In this document: positions 1 to 9,504 of the stretch, piece after piece | How the letters are laid out: each line of letters starts with the position of its first letter | How positions within the stretch are numbered: position 1 is the stretch's first letter | DNA from: a virus | Virus record (IMG/VR): IMGVR_UViG_3300037518_000322 | Span: 32,001-96,000 of that record | Strand: one strand, 5' to 3' | DNA: 64,000 nt | Program-made: the position numbers and the translations under genes | The notes under the pieces: model-generated | What the model saw: only the letters and a program-made list of their open reading frames with translations | Database searches by the model: none | What the model was told of the DNA's origin: nothing

Positions 1-2
1 GC

Positions 3-1097
3 ATCGAGGTCACCCGGCACCCGGCACTTGACCTGTGGAACAAGCCCAACCCGTTCTTCTGCGGCTCAGCCTTCCGCGAGTCGGCGCAGCAGCACGAGGA
101 GCTCACCGGCGAGCAGTACTGGGTCCTGGTCAAGCGGGGCGGCCTGCCACTGGAAGCGTGGTTCGTACGCCCCGACCGGATGCGCCCGGTACCCCACCCC
201 GAGAAGTACCTCGCCGGATACATCTACACCTCCCCCGACGGGGAAGAGATCCCGCTCAGAGTCGACGAGGTCATCTTCCTCCGCCGCCCCCACCCCCTGG
301 ACCCCTACCGGGGCCTCGGCGCAGTGCAGTCGATCATGGGTGAACTCGACGCGACGTACCTCTCCACCGAGTGGAACCGCAACTTCTTCCTCAACTCCGC
401 CACACCCGGCGGAATCATCGAGGCCGAGCAGAACATCTCGGATGAGGACTTCGACCAGTTCCAGGCACGCTGGGCGGAAACCCACCGAGGCGTCGCCAAC
501 GCACACCGCGTCGCCATCCTCGAAGCCGGAATGAAGTGGGTCGACCGCCGCTACACCATGGACGAGATGCAGTTCGTGGAGATGAAGCAGGCATCCCGCG
601 AAGTCATCCGTGAAGCGTTCGGCTTCCCCAAGGCGATGCTCGGCGCCACCGACGACGTCAACAAGGCCAACGCCTACGCAGGCGAGGTCATGTTCGCCCG
701 GTGGATCACCCGGCCCCGCCTCATGCGCGTCAAGGAAGTCCTCAACACCGTCCTGCTCCCCATGTACGGAGCATCAGCCGCCGGACTCGAATTCGACTTC
801 GTCAACCCCGTCCCCGAGGACGACGAGATCGCCGCCCAGGTGCTCCTCAACAGGGCACAGGCAGTCAAGTTCCTCGCCGACACCGGCCTGTGGGAGCCCG
901 CCAGCATGCTCTCCGCCTGCGGCATGCCCGCCATGACCGAGCTGCCCGAGCCCCGCCAGATGGCAGCCATCACCGCACCGCCCAGACAGCAGGACGCCGA
1001 CGAGCCAGCGCCACGCAAGGAAGACGACGAGCCGGTGAAGAAGGTACCCGCGCCCGCCGAGAGCCCGGACGACTGGCTGCAAAGGATGCTCCTGTGA
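3..1097 (+). CDS. HK97-family portal protein (5' truncated by window edge)
   Basis: Frame is open from position 3 (IEVTRHPALDLWNKPNPF...EELTGEQYW). Motifs GLGAVQ, FFLNSATPGG and IREAFGFPKAMLG. Lies upstream of the protease and capsid genes. Confidence 0.92.
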   Translation: MEVTRHPALDLWNKPNPFFCGSAFRESAQQHEELTGEQYWVLVKRGGLPLEAWFVRPDRMRPVPHPEKYLAGYIYTSPDGEEIPLRVDEVIFLRRPHPLDPYRGLGAVQSIMGELDATYLSTEWNRNFFLNSATPGGIIEAEQNISDEDFDQFQARWAETHRGVANAHRVAILEAGMKWVDRRYTMDEMQFVEMKQASREVIREAFGFPKAMLGATDDVNKANAYAGEVMFARWITRPRLMRVKEVLNTVLLPMYGASAAGLEFDFVNPVPEDDEIAAQVLLNRAQAVKFLADTGLWEPASMLSACGMPAMTELPEPRQMAAITAPPRQQDADEPAPRKEDDEPVKKVPAPAESPDDWLQRMLL

Positions 1098-1369
1098 TCA
1101 CACACGGGCCTGGCCCCAGAAAGCTGAGCATCAGCAGCGACGGCATCGGCGGCACCGTCCACCTCGCCGACCAGGACATCAGCAGTGCACTGACGGGCGT
1201 CAGCCTGAAGCTCGGCGTGGGCGATATACCCACAGCCACCCTGGACGTCCTGCTCCTTGACCTGACCTCCGAGGTCGAGGCCGTGATCGAAATCCCCCCG
1301 GCCACACACGACCTGCTGGTCCAGCTCGGTTGGACACCACCCCTCGAAGTGAAGGAGGACAAGCGCTGA
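1094..1369 (+). CDS. hypothetical protein
   Basis: GTG overlaps the portal TGA (GTGA) and its TGA overlaps the protease ATG, i.e. translational coupling on both sides. Confidence 0.7.
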   Translation: MITHGPGPRKLSISSDGIGGTVHLADQDISSALTGVSLKLGVGDIPTATLDVLLLDLTSEVEAVIEIPPATHDLLVQLGWTPPLEVKEDKR

Positions 1370-2919
1370 TGTCCTGGATTGAGCTGGTGGCGCAGCGCCA
1401 CCCTCCGAAGGCTCCGCAGGGCATGAGCCCGCCGGAGAACGCCAAGGACTGGTTCCGTATGGAGGGTTCCGCCGAGGACCCGGACGCCACCGACGTCCTC
1501 ATCTACTCCAGCATCGGCGGCTGGTTCGGCATGTGGGCCGATGAGTTCGTGGACGAGCTGAAGGCAGTCACTACCTCGAAGATCAACCTCCGGCTCAACA
1601 GCCCTGGTGGATCGGTCTTCGACGGAATCGCCATTGCTAATGCAATCCGCTCGCACCCGGCCACGGTCACGGTGTATGTCGATTCCCTTGCAGCGTCTAT
1701 CGCTTCGGTCATCGCGATGTCAGGTGACCGGCTGGTCATGATGCCGCAATCGCAAATCATGGTCCACAACGCCTCGGGTGGCTGCTACGGCGACGCGACC
1801 GAGATGACCAAGATGGCCGATCTCCTCGACAAGCAGTCGAAAAACATAGCCCAGGCATACGCGCAGCACACCGGGCGCCCGCTCGCTGAGTGGATCGACT
1901 ACATGTCGAGTGAAACCTGGTTTACGGCTGAGGAAGCCGTGACCGTCGGACTGGCCGACGAAGCCATGCCAATGAAGCCGAAGAAGACCGACGCCGAACC
2001 GGTCCCTGCCGAGGCGCGCATGCACGCTGCCTGGGACCTGTCGATGTACCGCTACGCCGGACGCGAGCAGGCACCGGACCCGGCCGTCAAGAAGCCGGTG
2101 ACCGTGCGCCTCGAACTCGACGGCAAGGACATCACCGAACACCTGCGGCCCGGCCAGCAGATCACCGCCCAGGCGCTCAACGAGCACGTCCCGGACAACG
2201 CCACCGTTACACGTGTCATCGACTTCAAGGACGAGCTCAGCGAAGGCTTCGTCACCCAGTTCAAGGCCCTGGTCCGGGACGCCGTCCACGAGGAACTGGT
2301 CAGCGTCTTCGACTCCACCGCCCCCTCACACTCCACCGCCGTCGAGGACGGCACCTGGGACGCAGGGGCGAACGAGAAGCGACTGCCCTCACCGGTGCCG
2401 CTGGCCACGGTGAAGAAGATGTACACCTGGTGGGACGCCGACGCCGTCGAGGACGGCGCCGTACCCAAGACGTCAGCCAAGTTGCCTCACCACTTCGTCT
2501 CCGACGACGGCTCCCCCGGGGCTGCCTCCGTGGCGGGGGTCCGCAACGCGCTGGCGCGTCTGCCACAGACCCAGGGCCTCACCGACGCCGAACGCTCCGC
2601 CGCCGAAGCCCACCTGAACAAGCACCTGAACGCCTTCAAGGGCGACGAGGAAGACCACCTCGACGACGCCACCGCCCCACCGGGCGAGGAAGTCGAGGAC
2701 GCGGACAAGAAGAAGCTTCCTGCCTTCCTCCAGCCCGACGAGGACGACGACGACGAGGAAGAGGAAGAGGCGGAGGACGCCTCGACCGAAGAGCCCGAAG
2801 ACCGGGCCCCCGAGACCAACAACCAGGCCGATGACTGGACTTCAGCCATCGGCCTTCTTCATGCCCCCACGTCGCCCAGCGCGGATGACGTGTTCGTCAA
2901 CCTTCAGGAGGGTTGGTAA
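1369..2919 (+). CDS. ClpP-type head maturation protease with long acidic C-terminal (scaffold-like) extension
   Basis: Motifs LNSPGGSVFDG, LAASIASVIAMSG, IMVHNA and ETWFTAEEA. AAGGAGG RBS precedes ATG 1369. Confidence 0.92.
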   Translation: MSWIELVAQRHPPKAPQGMSPPENAKDWFRMEGSAEDPDATDVLIYSSIGGWFGMWADEFVDELKAVTTSKINLRLNSPGGSVFDGIAIANAIRSHPATVTVYVDSLAASIASVIAMSGDRLVMMPQSQIMVHNASGGCYGDATEMTKMADLLDKQSKNIAQAYAQHTGRPLAEWIDYMSSETWFTAEEAVTVGLADEAMPMKPKKTDAEPVPAEARMHAAWDLSMYRYAGREQAPDPAVKKPVTVRLELDGKDITEHLRPGQQITAQALNEHVPDNATVTRVIDFKDELSEGFVTQFKALVRDAVHEELVSVFDSTAPSHSTAVEDGTWDAGANEKRLPSPVPLATVKKMYTWWDADAVEDGAVPKTSAKLPHHFVSDDGSPGAASVAGVRNALARLPQTQGLTDAERSAAEAHLNKHLNAFKGDEEDHLDDATAPPGEEVEDADKKKLPAFLQPDEDDDDEEEEEAEDASTEEPEDRAPETNNQADDWTSAIGLLHAPTSPSADDVFVNLQEGW

Positions 2920-4274
2920 TGGCGACTCCCGTCATCCCGCGCAACGACAGTGAACTGGAGGAGATGTTCAACGACAGCACTGTCGTCAAGGACGTCTTCG
3001 CCAACCGTGGCAGCGCGCTCACGTTCGTCAAGGACTACGCGAACCAGTTCAACAAGACGTCCAACGGCGACCTCGACGCGCAGATCGACGCACGCGTCCA
3101 GGAAGGCGTCATCAAGTACCTCAAGGACTCCGGCAGCATCGACGCCAAGGGCGACGCCAAGCGCCTCAACCTGTCGCCGAAGGCCAACGGCGGACGCCTC
3201 GGTGACCGCTACAACCCGGACGCCCCCGGCGCCAAGCTCGACAACGAGTTCCATGACGTCCGCGACTTCATGAAGGCGATCTGGCACGGCTCGCGCACCG
3301 CCGAAGCGCAGGCCTCCCAGCACAAGATCCGCGACATCATGAACTCGTTCGGATCCAACGTGCCCGCAGACGGCGGCTTCCTCATCCCGGAGACCCTCCG
3401 CAGCGAGATGCTGCGGGTCTCCCTGGAGAAGGCTGTCGTCCGCTCGCGCGCCCGCGTCATCCCGATGGAGACCCTCACGGTCCCCTTCCCGATGATCGAC
3501 TCCACGTCGAACGCGTCGAACGTGTTCGGTGGCGTCGCCGCGTACTGGACCGAAGAGGCCGGATCCCTCACCGACTCCAGCCCCACCTTCGGCCGGATCA
3601 AGCTCGAAGCCAAGAAGCTCACGGCCTTCTCCGAAGTGCCCAACGAGCTCTTCGCCGACAGCCTCATCAGCCTCCAGATGCTCATCAACGAGATCTTCCC
3701 CGAGGCGCTGGCCTGGTTCGAAGACGTCGCCTTCATCACCGGATCCGGCGTGGGCGAGCCGCTCGGCTTCCTCAACGGCCCCGCCGTCGTCAACGTCACC
3801 AAGGAAACCGGCCAGGCCGCCGACACCATCGTCTGGGAAAACCTCGTCAAGGTCTACGCCCGCATGCTCCCGCAGTCTCTGAGCAGCGCGGTGTGGATCG
3901 CCAACATCGACACCTTCCCTGAGCTGGCGACCATGTCGCTGTCCGTCGGCACCGGCGGCTCCGCGATCTGGCTGTCCGACGGCGTCTCCGGACCGCCCAT
4001 GACGATTCTCGGCCGTCCCGTCATTTTCACTGAGAAGATGCCGACCCTCGGCGACGCGGGCGACATCATGCTGGTCGATCTCGGTCACTACCTCATCGGC
4101 GACCGCCAGACCATCCAGGCCGACACCTCGCCGCACTACCGGTTCCAGACGGACATGACCTCGCTGAGGTTCATCTCCCGCCTGGACGGCCGTCCGTGGC
4201 TCCAGAGTGCGATCACTCCTCAGACCGGCAGCAACACCCTGTCCCCGTTTGTCGGGATTGCCGCTCGCGCTTGA
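2919..4274 (+). CDS. HK97-fold major capsid protein
   Basis: Motifs DGGFLIPE, WTEEAG, KLEAKKL, ITGSGVGEPLG, ILGRPVIFTE and RLDG. ATG overlaps the protease TAA. Confidence 0.95.
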   Translation: MATPVIPRNDSELEEMFNDSTVVKDVFANRGSALTFVKDYANQFNKTSNGDLDAQIDARVQEGVIKYLKDSGSIDAKGDAKRLNLSPKANGGRLGDRYNPDAPGAKLDNEFHDVRDFMKAIWHGSRTAEAQASQHKIRDIMNSFGSNVPADGGFLIPETLRSEMLRVSLEKAVVRSRARVIPMETLTVPFPMIDSTSNASNVFGGVAAYWTEEAGSLTDSSPTFGRIKLEAKKLTAFSEVPNELFADSLISLQMLINEIFPEALAWFEDVAFITGSGVGEPLGFLNGPAVVNVTKETGQAADTIVWENLVKVYARMLPQSLSSAVWIANIDTFPELATMSLSVGTGGSAIWLSDGVSGPPMTILGRPVIFTEKMPTLGDAGDIMLVDLGHYLIGDRQTIQADTSPHYRFQTDMTSLRFISRLDGRPWLQSAITPQTGSNTLSPFVGIAARA

Positions 4275-4325
4275 TAGCTGAGTGTAGTCGGCTCGCGATA
4301 CACCACCAACACGTTCGATAAAACG

Positions 4326-4360
4326 AGGGCCCTGGAGACACCGTCTTCGAGGGTCTTTTT
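4326..4360 (+). terminator. intrinsic terminator after capsid gene
   Basis: GC-rich hairpin GAGGGCCCTGGAGAC/GTCTTCGAGGGTCT followed by TTTTT. Confidence 0.65.
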
Positions 4361-4474
4361 CATGCCGCTTTGCGTGCGGCTCGTACAGCCCTGGTGCGCA
4401 TTCACACCCAATCCAGGGCCGGGGACCGGCGGCATTAACACCCCGCCGGTCCCGGTACAGAAGGGAAACTCCCC

Positions 4475-4987
4475 ATGACCACTGATGCCCGTGCACTGGG
4501 CCGCTACTTCGACATCACTCCGGTGATCTCCCTCATCGACTTGAACTCCGGCAACATCACCGGCAAGCGGGTCCGGCTGCGTGATGCGCAGATCTGCACC
4601 TTCCTGATCGTGGCGGACGCCTCGTCGGATGGTGCCGACCTGAACATCGACCTCCAGGAGGCGAACGCTGCGACTGGTGGTACGTCGCAGGATCTGGACA
4701 TCATCACCGACTGGTTCCTCAAGGACGAGACCACCCTCGACGGTGACGAGACGTGGACCCGTGTCTCGCAGACTGCTGCGTCGGAGATCGCTGCTCGTGC
4801 CGATTCGGCCGAGGTGGAGAACCTGTGGGTGGTCGAGGTCCGTGCGGATCAGCTGTCGGATGGTTTCGAGTGGGTCTCGATCAACATCGCGGATGTCACC
4901 ACGGCGGCGAAGTCCGGCGGTGTGTACGCGATCCTGTCGGACCTGAAGGTCATGCGTAAGCCGGAGAACCTGGCTGCGCCTCAGTAA
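4475..4987 (+). CDS. putative virion (head decoration) protein
   Basis: Follows the capsid gene; RBS present; beta-rich sequence. Confidence 0.6.
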   Translation: MTTDARALGRYFDITPVISLIDLNSGNITGKRVRLRDAQICTFLIVADASSDGADLNIDLQEANAATGGTSQDLDIITDWFLKDETTLDGDETWTRVSQTAASEIAARADSAEVENLWVVEVRADQLSDGFEWVSINIADVTTAAKSGGVYAILSDLKVMRKPENLAAPQ

Positions 4988-5026
4988 GCCGTAGCGAGTC
5001 CTACTACGTCTTAAGGAGGCGTATTC

Positions 5027-5506
5027 ATGAGTTCGATCATTCAGGGCGCTGAGCTGCGGAGTCTGGTACTCGGGCGTTACGTTCAGGGCCAGACGTCCGA
5101 CTTCACCTCTGACGGTGATGCCACGTACCAGGTGTTCACCGTCGCGGGTGGCGAAGTCCTGATCACCGCGCTGTGGGGTCTGGTGACCACGGTCATCGCG
5201 GCAGGCAACGGCACCGTGGCGCTCCAGATGGACCCGACCACGGGCGACACCGACACGTGGATCGCGACCACCGACCTCGGTGGTACGGACACTCTTGCCG
5301 GTGACATTCTGGGTGTCGTCGACAACAACACCGCCACGCCGGACTTCTCCCCGAACCGGCAGCCGCTGATGAACTACATCGCCACCACGGGCGAGATCGA
5401 AGCGGTCGGCGCGTCAAGCGTGGACGGTGTCGTCGAGTGGTATTGCACGTATGTGCCGCTGACGCCTGGTGCCACGGTGGTGGCTGCTACCGGGGGCGCC
5501 GCCTGA
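5027..5506 (+). CDS. putative virion protein
   Basis: AAGGAGG RBS; T/G/D-rich beta composition; in the head module. Confidence 0.65.
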   Translation: MSSIIQGAELRSLVLGRYVQGQTSDFTSDGDATYQVFTVAGGEVLITALWGLVTTVIAAGNGTVALQMDPTTGDTDTWIATTDLGGTDTLAGDILGVVDNNTATPDFSPNRQPLMNYIATTGEIEAVGASSVDGVVEWYCTYVPLTPGATVVAATGGAA

Positions 5507-6285
5507 TGACCACTGACCGTTCGTCTGAGAGTGCGACGTTCGGTCCCTTGCAGGCACGTACCCGGGATGGTTCGCTGGCGGCGTTGTCCGCGATTCAGCA
5601 GGCCACCTCGGGTGCGGGCGTGGGGCTGGATGTCAGATCTGACAACGCTGATGCGGCGGCGGTCAAGGTCCGTGCGGCGGGTGATCTGCTGGATTTGCAG
5701 GATGCCAGTGGGGTCAGTCAGTTCACCGTCACCAATACGGGTGCCGTCACCGTGACGGGTGATCAGACGGTGACCGGTGACTACACCATCACGGGTGATC
5801 TCACCGTCAACGGCGGTGCGATCTTCAATGAGGCATCCGCCGATGAGGACTTCCGCGTGGAGTCCAACGGTGATGCCAACGCGATTTTTGTGGACGGCGG
5901 CAACGACCGGGTCGGCATCTTCACCGCCGCCCCCTCGACCGCGTTCGAGGTCACGGGTGCCACCACCATCACCGGTAATACCGACATCGCCGGGGAAGTC
6001 GACGTGACCACCGGTGATGTCTCCATCTCCACAGCCGGGAACGGTCTTCAGATCGCCGAGGGTGCGAATGCCCGTATGGGTACCGCGACCCTGTCGGGCG
6101 GGGCGGCGACGGTGACCAATACGTCTGTGACTGCCAACACCGTGATCTTCATTTCGCGTGCCACGACGGGTGGTACCGAGGGTCATCTGTCCACCGCCAT
6201 CGACCCGGGTACCGACTTCGATATCAACAGCTCGTCCGGTTCCGACACCAGCACGGTGAACTGGCTCCTGATCGAGCCTGCCTGA
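5506..6285 (+). CDS. fibre/spike-like virion protein
   Basis: ATG overlaps the upstream TGA. TVTGD repeats. N-terminal domain is paralogous to 8495..9352. Confidence 0.65.
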   Translation: MTTDRSSESATFGPLQARTRDGSLAALSAIQQATSGAGVGLDVRSDNADAAAVKVRAAGDLLDLQDASGVSQFTVTNTGAVTVTGDQTVTGDYTITGDLTVNGGAIFNEASADEDFRVESNGDANAIFVDGGNDRVGIFTAAPSTAFEVTGATTITGNTDIAGEVDVTTGDVSISTAGNGLQIAEGANARMGTATLSGGAATVTNTSVTANTVIFISRATTGGTEGHLSTAIDPGTDFDINSSSGSDTSTVNWLLIEPA

Positions 6286-6302
6286 CCCCGGATTGAGGAG
6301 TT

Positions 6303-7088
6303 ATGACTAACTACAACCGGGGTACCGAGGGTCGTCTGAACGACATCATGGAGGTCCTCGGTACCACCAAGGCGAGCCTGTGGCCGTTCTGGGAGTCCAC
6401 GGGGACTCTGGTCGCGGGCATCAGTGTCGGGGACCTGACTGCGGCGGAGTCGTCGGGTACGCCGGAAGCACTGGAGGACGACTTTTCGCCAGTGTTGCTG
6501 CCGGGCGGCCTGCACTCGTACCACTTCCATCCGACCGGTGATCACCACCTGGCCGGATCCGATTTGAACCGGTATTCCTTCGGTGACGGCACGGTGGACT
6601 CGGCGTTCTCTGTGGGGGCGTGGATTCGTCCGGCCGCCATTGCCACCAACGTGATCATGGGGAAGTACGACTCCGCCGGGAACTTGGAGGAGTGGCGTTT
6701 CTTCATCGACTCCAGCGGTCTGTTGTCACTGGAGTTGCATGACGCGTCGGCGTCCGCCACGGAGATCGCAGTGTCGGACAGTGCCCTCACCACTGCTCAG
6801 TTGGTTTTTGTCATCGCGACCTACGACGGTGACGAGGATGAACCGGTCGTCAACTTGTACATCGACGGGGCCCTGTCCAATGACGGGACGACGACGGAGT
6901 CCGGTTCGTATGTGGCGATGGAGAACACCGCTGCGCCGCTGACGGTCGGCTGCTCCGGCGTCACCGCCACACCGGTCGCCGAGTTCCACGGCCGCATCGC
7001 GCTCCCCTTCATCACCGGCAAAGAACTGTCGGCCGCCGATGTGTCGGAGCTGTACAGGCTCACCGCCCCGATGATCCGCGTTACCTGA
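6303..7088 (+). CDS. LamG/concanavalin-A-like domain virion protein
   Basis: Motifs FSVGAWIRP, ATYDG, LYIDG and ELSAADVSELY. Confidence 0.75.
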   Translation: MTNYNRGTEGRLNDIMEVLGTTKASLWPFWESTGTLVAGISVGDLTAAESSGTPEALEDDFSPVLLPGGLHSYHFHPTGDHHLAGSDLNRYSFGDGTVDSAFSVGAWIRPAAIATNVIMGKYDSAGNLEEWRFFIDSSGLLSLELHDASASATEIAVSDSALTTAQLVFVIATYDGDEDEPVVNLYIDGALSNDGTTTESGSYVAMENTAAPLTVGCSGVTATPVAEFHGRIALPFITGKELSAADVSELYRLTAPMIRVT

Positions 7089-7109
7089 ACCAGACGACGG
7101 GGAGAACCC

Positions 7110-7739
7110 ATGTCTTTGCGTACGTGCGCGGGGTGCACGACATCCTATGCGCCTGAGCTTTCGGCGTGCCCGCATTGCGGGGGTGTCCAGTACACCGAGG
7201 ACGGTGTGACGGTCTCCCGGCGGCTGCCGATGTTCGTCTCTGTCCGCTGCGACTGCGGGCGTGGGCCGTTCCAGGTCCGGCTGTCGGGTCCACTGCCCGG
7301 CCTGATTCAGCTTCCGAGTCTCTTCTGCGCCTCGTGTGGTAGCCGGGTGCAGGTCCCCTGGCCCCCTGTGGAGGATGACATGTCCCCGAAGATCACCGTC
7401 CATGGCGGTGCCACGAACGCTCGCGAGGCGGCCTCCTCCCCGGACGCGGTCGCGAGCAAGCCCCTGGCCGGAGCCGAGGCCGGTCAGGGGCGCCCAACTG
7501 CTGAGGCGGTTGTGCTTCCGGTGCAGGAGGCGGAGGTCGTTGAGGTTGTGCCGGAGGTTCCCTCCGATGTGCCTGCCGCCGAGGACGCCGCCCCATTGCC
7601 CGAACCCGAGCCGGTGATCGACCCGTATGCGGGCAAGACGCTGGCCGAGCTGCGTGATGCGGCTGATGCGCGGGGTGTTGCCTCGTACGGCAGTAAGGCG
7701 CAGATCGCTGAGCGGCTGCGGGCTGCTGACGCGCGCTGA
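7110..7739 (+). CDS. Zn-ribbon protein with C-terminal SAP/HeH-like motif
   Basis: CAGC, CPHC, CDC and CASC pairs; C-terminus TLAELRDAADARGVASYGSKAQIAERL. Confidence 0.6.
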   Translation: MSLRTCAGCTTSYAPELSACPHCGGVQYTEDGVTVSRRLPMFVSVRCDCGRGPFQVRLSGPLPGLIQLPSLFCASCGSRVQVPWPPVEDDMSPKITVHGGATNAREAASSPDAVASKPLAGAEAGQGRPTAEAVVLPVQEAEVVEVVPEVPSDVPAAEDAAPLPEPEPVIDPYAGKTLAELRDAADARGVASYGSKAQIAERLRAADAR

Positions 7740-7756
7740 TCGTCACGAAGGGGTAA

Positions 7757-8263
7757 GTGATGTCTGGACTCACGCCTCCGACGTATGCGTATGGCCGCAG
7801 TGATGTTCCGGGAGTCGTTGCGGCGAACGTGTTCATCTCGTTCTTCAACCCGGCGAACAGCGGGAAGATCATGCTGGCGATCCAGGGGATCGTCACCGCG
7901 TACAGCATCGGCTTGTCGGAAACTGCGGTGTCGATGCATGCCCGGTTCGTTTCCAGCGCGTCCGGTGGCACTCTGGTCGATCCGGATCTGATCTACCCGT
8001 TGCGCAGTGACTGGCCGAGTCCGTCGCTGGTGGTCCGGACGGGTAATCCGACGGTCTCCCTGACGCCGGACTACGGGACGCTCGCCAACTTTCCGCCCCC
8101 GATCTCGGACAAGATCGGGGCGGTGGCGGGAGGGGTGGCCACGACTCCGTCGGCGGGAGGCGTTCCGTACCTGCCGGGTGAGGGGTTCTGCTACCGGACA
8201 TCCGCCGGTAATACGAATCAGCGGTGGAATATACAGTTCATCTGGGTGGAGGTCGATGTCTGA
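7757..8263 (+). CDS. hypothetical virion-associated protein
   Basis: ORF in the structural operon, coupled to the next gene. Confidence 0.6.
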   Translation: MMSGLTPPTYAYGRSDVPGVVAANVFISFFNPANSGKIMLAIQGIVTAYSIGLSETAVSMHARFVSSASGGTLVDPDLIYPLRSDWPSPSLVVRTGNPTVSLTPDYGTLANFPPPISDKIGAVAGGVATTPSAGGVPYLPGEGFCYRTSAGNTNQRWNIQFIWVEVDV

Positions 8264-8442
8264 TGGCGTGGGAGCAGTTGCTCAGTATCAAGGCTGAGGC
8301 GTTGATGTATGTCCGCGAGGAGCGGACGCAGCCGCCGGTGGCGTGTCCGTATGACGGTGAGCCGTTGGATGCCGCGTCGAACGGTGTTCTGCATTGCCCT
8401 TGGGGGAATTACGAATTTCCCCGTGACCGGCGGATCATCTGA
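8263..8442 (+). CDS. small Zn-ribbon-like protein
   Basis: ATG overlaps the upstream TGA; CPYDG...HCPWG. Confidence 0.6.
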   Translation: MAWEQLLSIKAEALMYVREERTQPPVACPYDGEPLDAASNGVLHCPWGNYEFPRDRRII

Positions 8443-8446
8443 CCGT

Positions 8447-8474
8447 GGCCTTCATCTGATGGTGGAGGCCTTTC
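8447..8474 (+). terminator. intrinsic terminator-like hairpin
   Basis: GGCCTTCATC-TGAT-GGTGGAGGCC followed by TTTC. Confidence 0.55.
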
Positions 8475-8494
8475 TTCATGCTTGATTCCGGAGG

Positions 8495-9352
8495 ATGGTC
8501 ATGCCTGCTGTCAATGCTGTGACCAGTCTCCTGAACACCGATTCCACGCAGACGGCATTCACTGTGCGGAACAACCCGGTCGGCGGTTCGACGCCCTGTC
8601 ATGCGGCGCAGGTGACGCAGGCGGCGACGTCCGGCAATGGCGCCGGGCTGAATGTCGTGTCGAACAACACGAGCAGTCCGGCGATCCGGGCGCGGGCGGC
8701 AGGGCCACTGATCGAGCTGTACAACGCGTCGAACGCGGTGAAGTTCGAGGTGTCCAACACTGGTGCTGTCACCTTGTATGACGCGCTGACGCTGACCTCG
8801 CTGACTACGTCGGGGAACGCCACTGTCGGCGGGACGCTCGATGTGACAGGGGCGACGACTCTGAGCAGCACGCTTGATGTGACGGATGCGGCGACGCTGA
8901 GTTCGACGCTTGATGTCACGGGGGCGTCCACTCTCACCGGCGGCATCAGTGGGGATACCACGCTGACGGGTGACCTGACCCTGCAAGGCACGGACAAGGC
9001 ATACCGGTTCCGCCGCTCCGGCAGTGCGCTGGACCTGGACGCGACCGGTGTCGACCTGCTGATCTCCAACTTTTCCGGGACTGCGTTCAATGGCACGCAG
9101 CGGTCCTACTTTCGCCTCAGTGCGGATGCGCAGAATGTGCAGGTTGCGGGGAAGGTCGAGTTCGTTGACGCCCTGTATGGCACCACGGCGCATGTTCTGG
9201 ACGGTGATGCGGACACGGTCGGCTTCCACAGTGCGACTCCGGTGACTCAGCAGACGGTGACCGGCGTCCGTGACAGCAATACGGCGCTGGCTGGTCTGCT
9301 GGCGGCGCTGGACACGCTTGGTCTCATCGTCGACTCCACCACTGCGACCTAG
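8495..9352 (+). CDS. fibre-like virion protein with 12-aa repeats
   Basis: TLDVTGATTLSS-type tandem repeats; shares a domain with 5506..6285. Confidence 0.7.
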   Translation: MVMPAVNAVTSLLNTDSTQTAFTVRNNPVGGSTPCHAAQVTQAATSGNGAGLNVVSNNTSSPAIRARAAGPLIELYNASNAVKFEVSNTGAVTLYDALTLTSLTTSGNATVGGTLDVTGATTLSSTLDVTDAATLSSTLDVTGASTLTGGISGDTTLTGDLTLQGTDKAYRFRRSGSALDLDATGVDLLISNFSGTAFNGTQRSYFRLSADAQNVQVAGKVEFVDALYGTTAHVLDGDADTVGFHSATPVTQQTVTGVRDSNTALAGLLAALDTLGLIVDSTTAT

Positions 9353-9360
9353 GGGCTGTT

Positions 9361-9504
9361 GTGGATCTGGGGCTTGAGGACTTCAAGCAGCTGTTGTTCG
9401 ACCTGTATCTGGCGCAGCGGGAGAACGCCGAGCTGCGTGGGCTGCTCGCGCAGAAACGTGAAGAGACCGGTGAGCCGGGCGGGGAGGTGCTTGATGGCCA
9501 TTGA
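9361..9504 (+). CDS. small coiled-coil protein (possible fibre chaperone)
   Basis: 47-aa ORF MDLGLEDFKQLLFDLYLAQRENAELRG..., below the ORF-track cutoff; fills the gap between two genes. Confidence 0.5.
   Translation: MDLGLEDFKQLLFDLYLAQRENAELRGLLAQKREETGEPGGEVLDGH

Noticed and set aside
2204-2218. parS-like GTTACACGTGTCA in the protease gene
   Set aside because: A single degenerate match in coding DNA, far from the array; likely chance.
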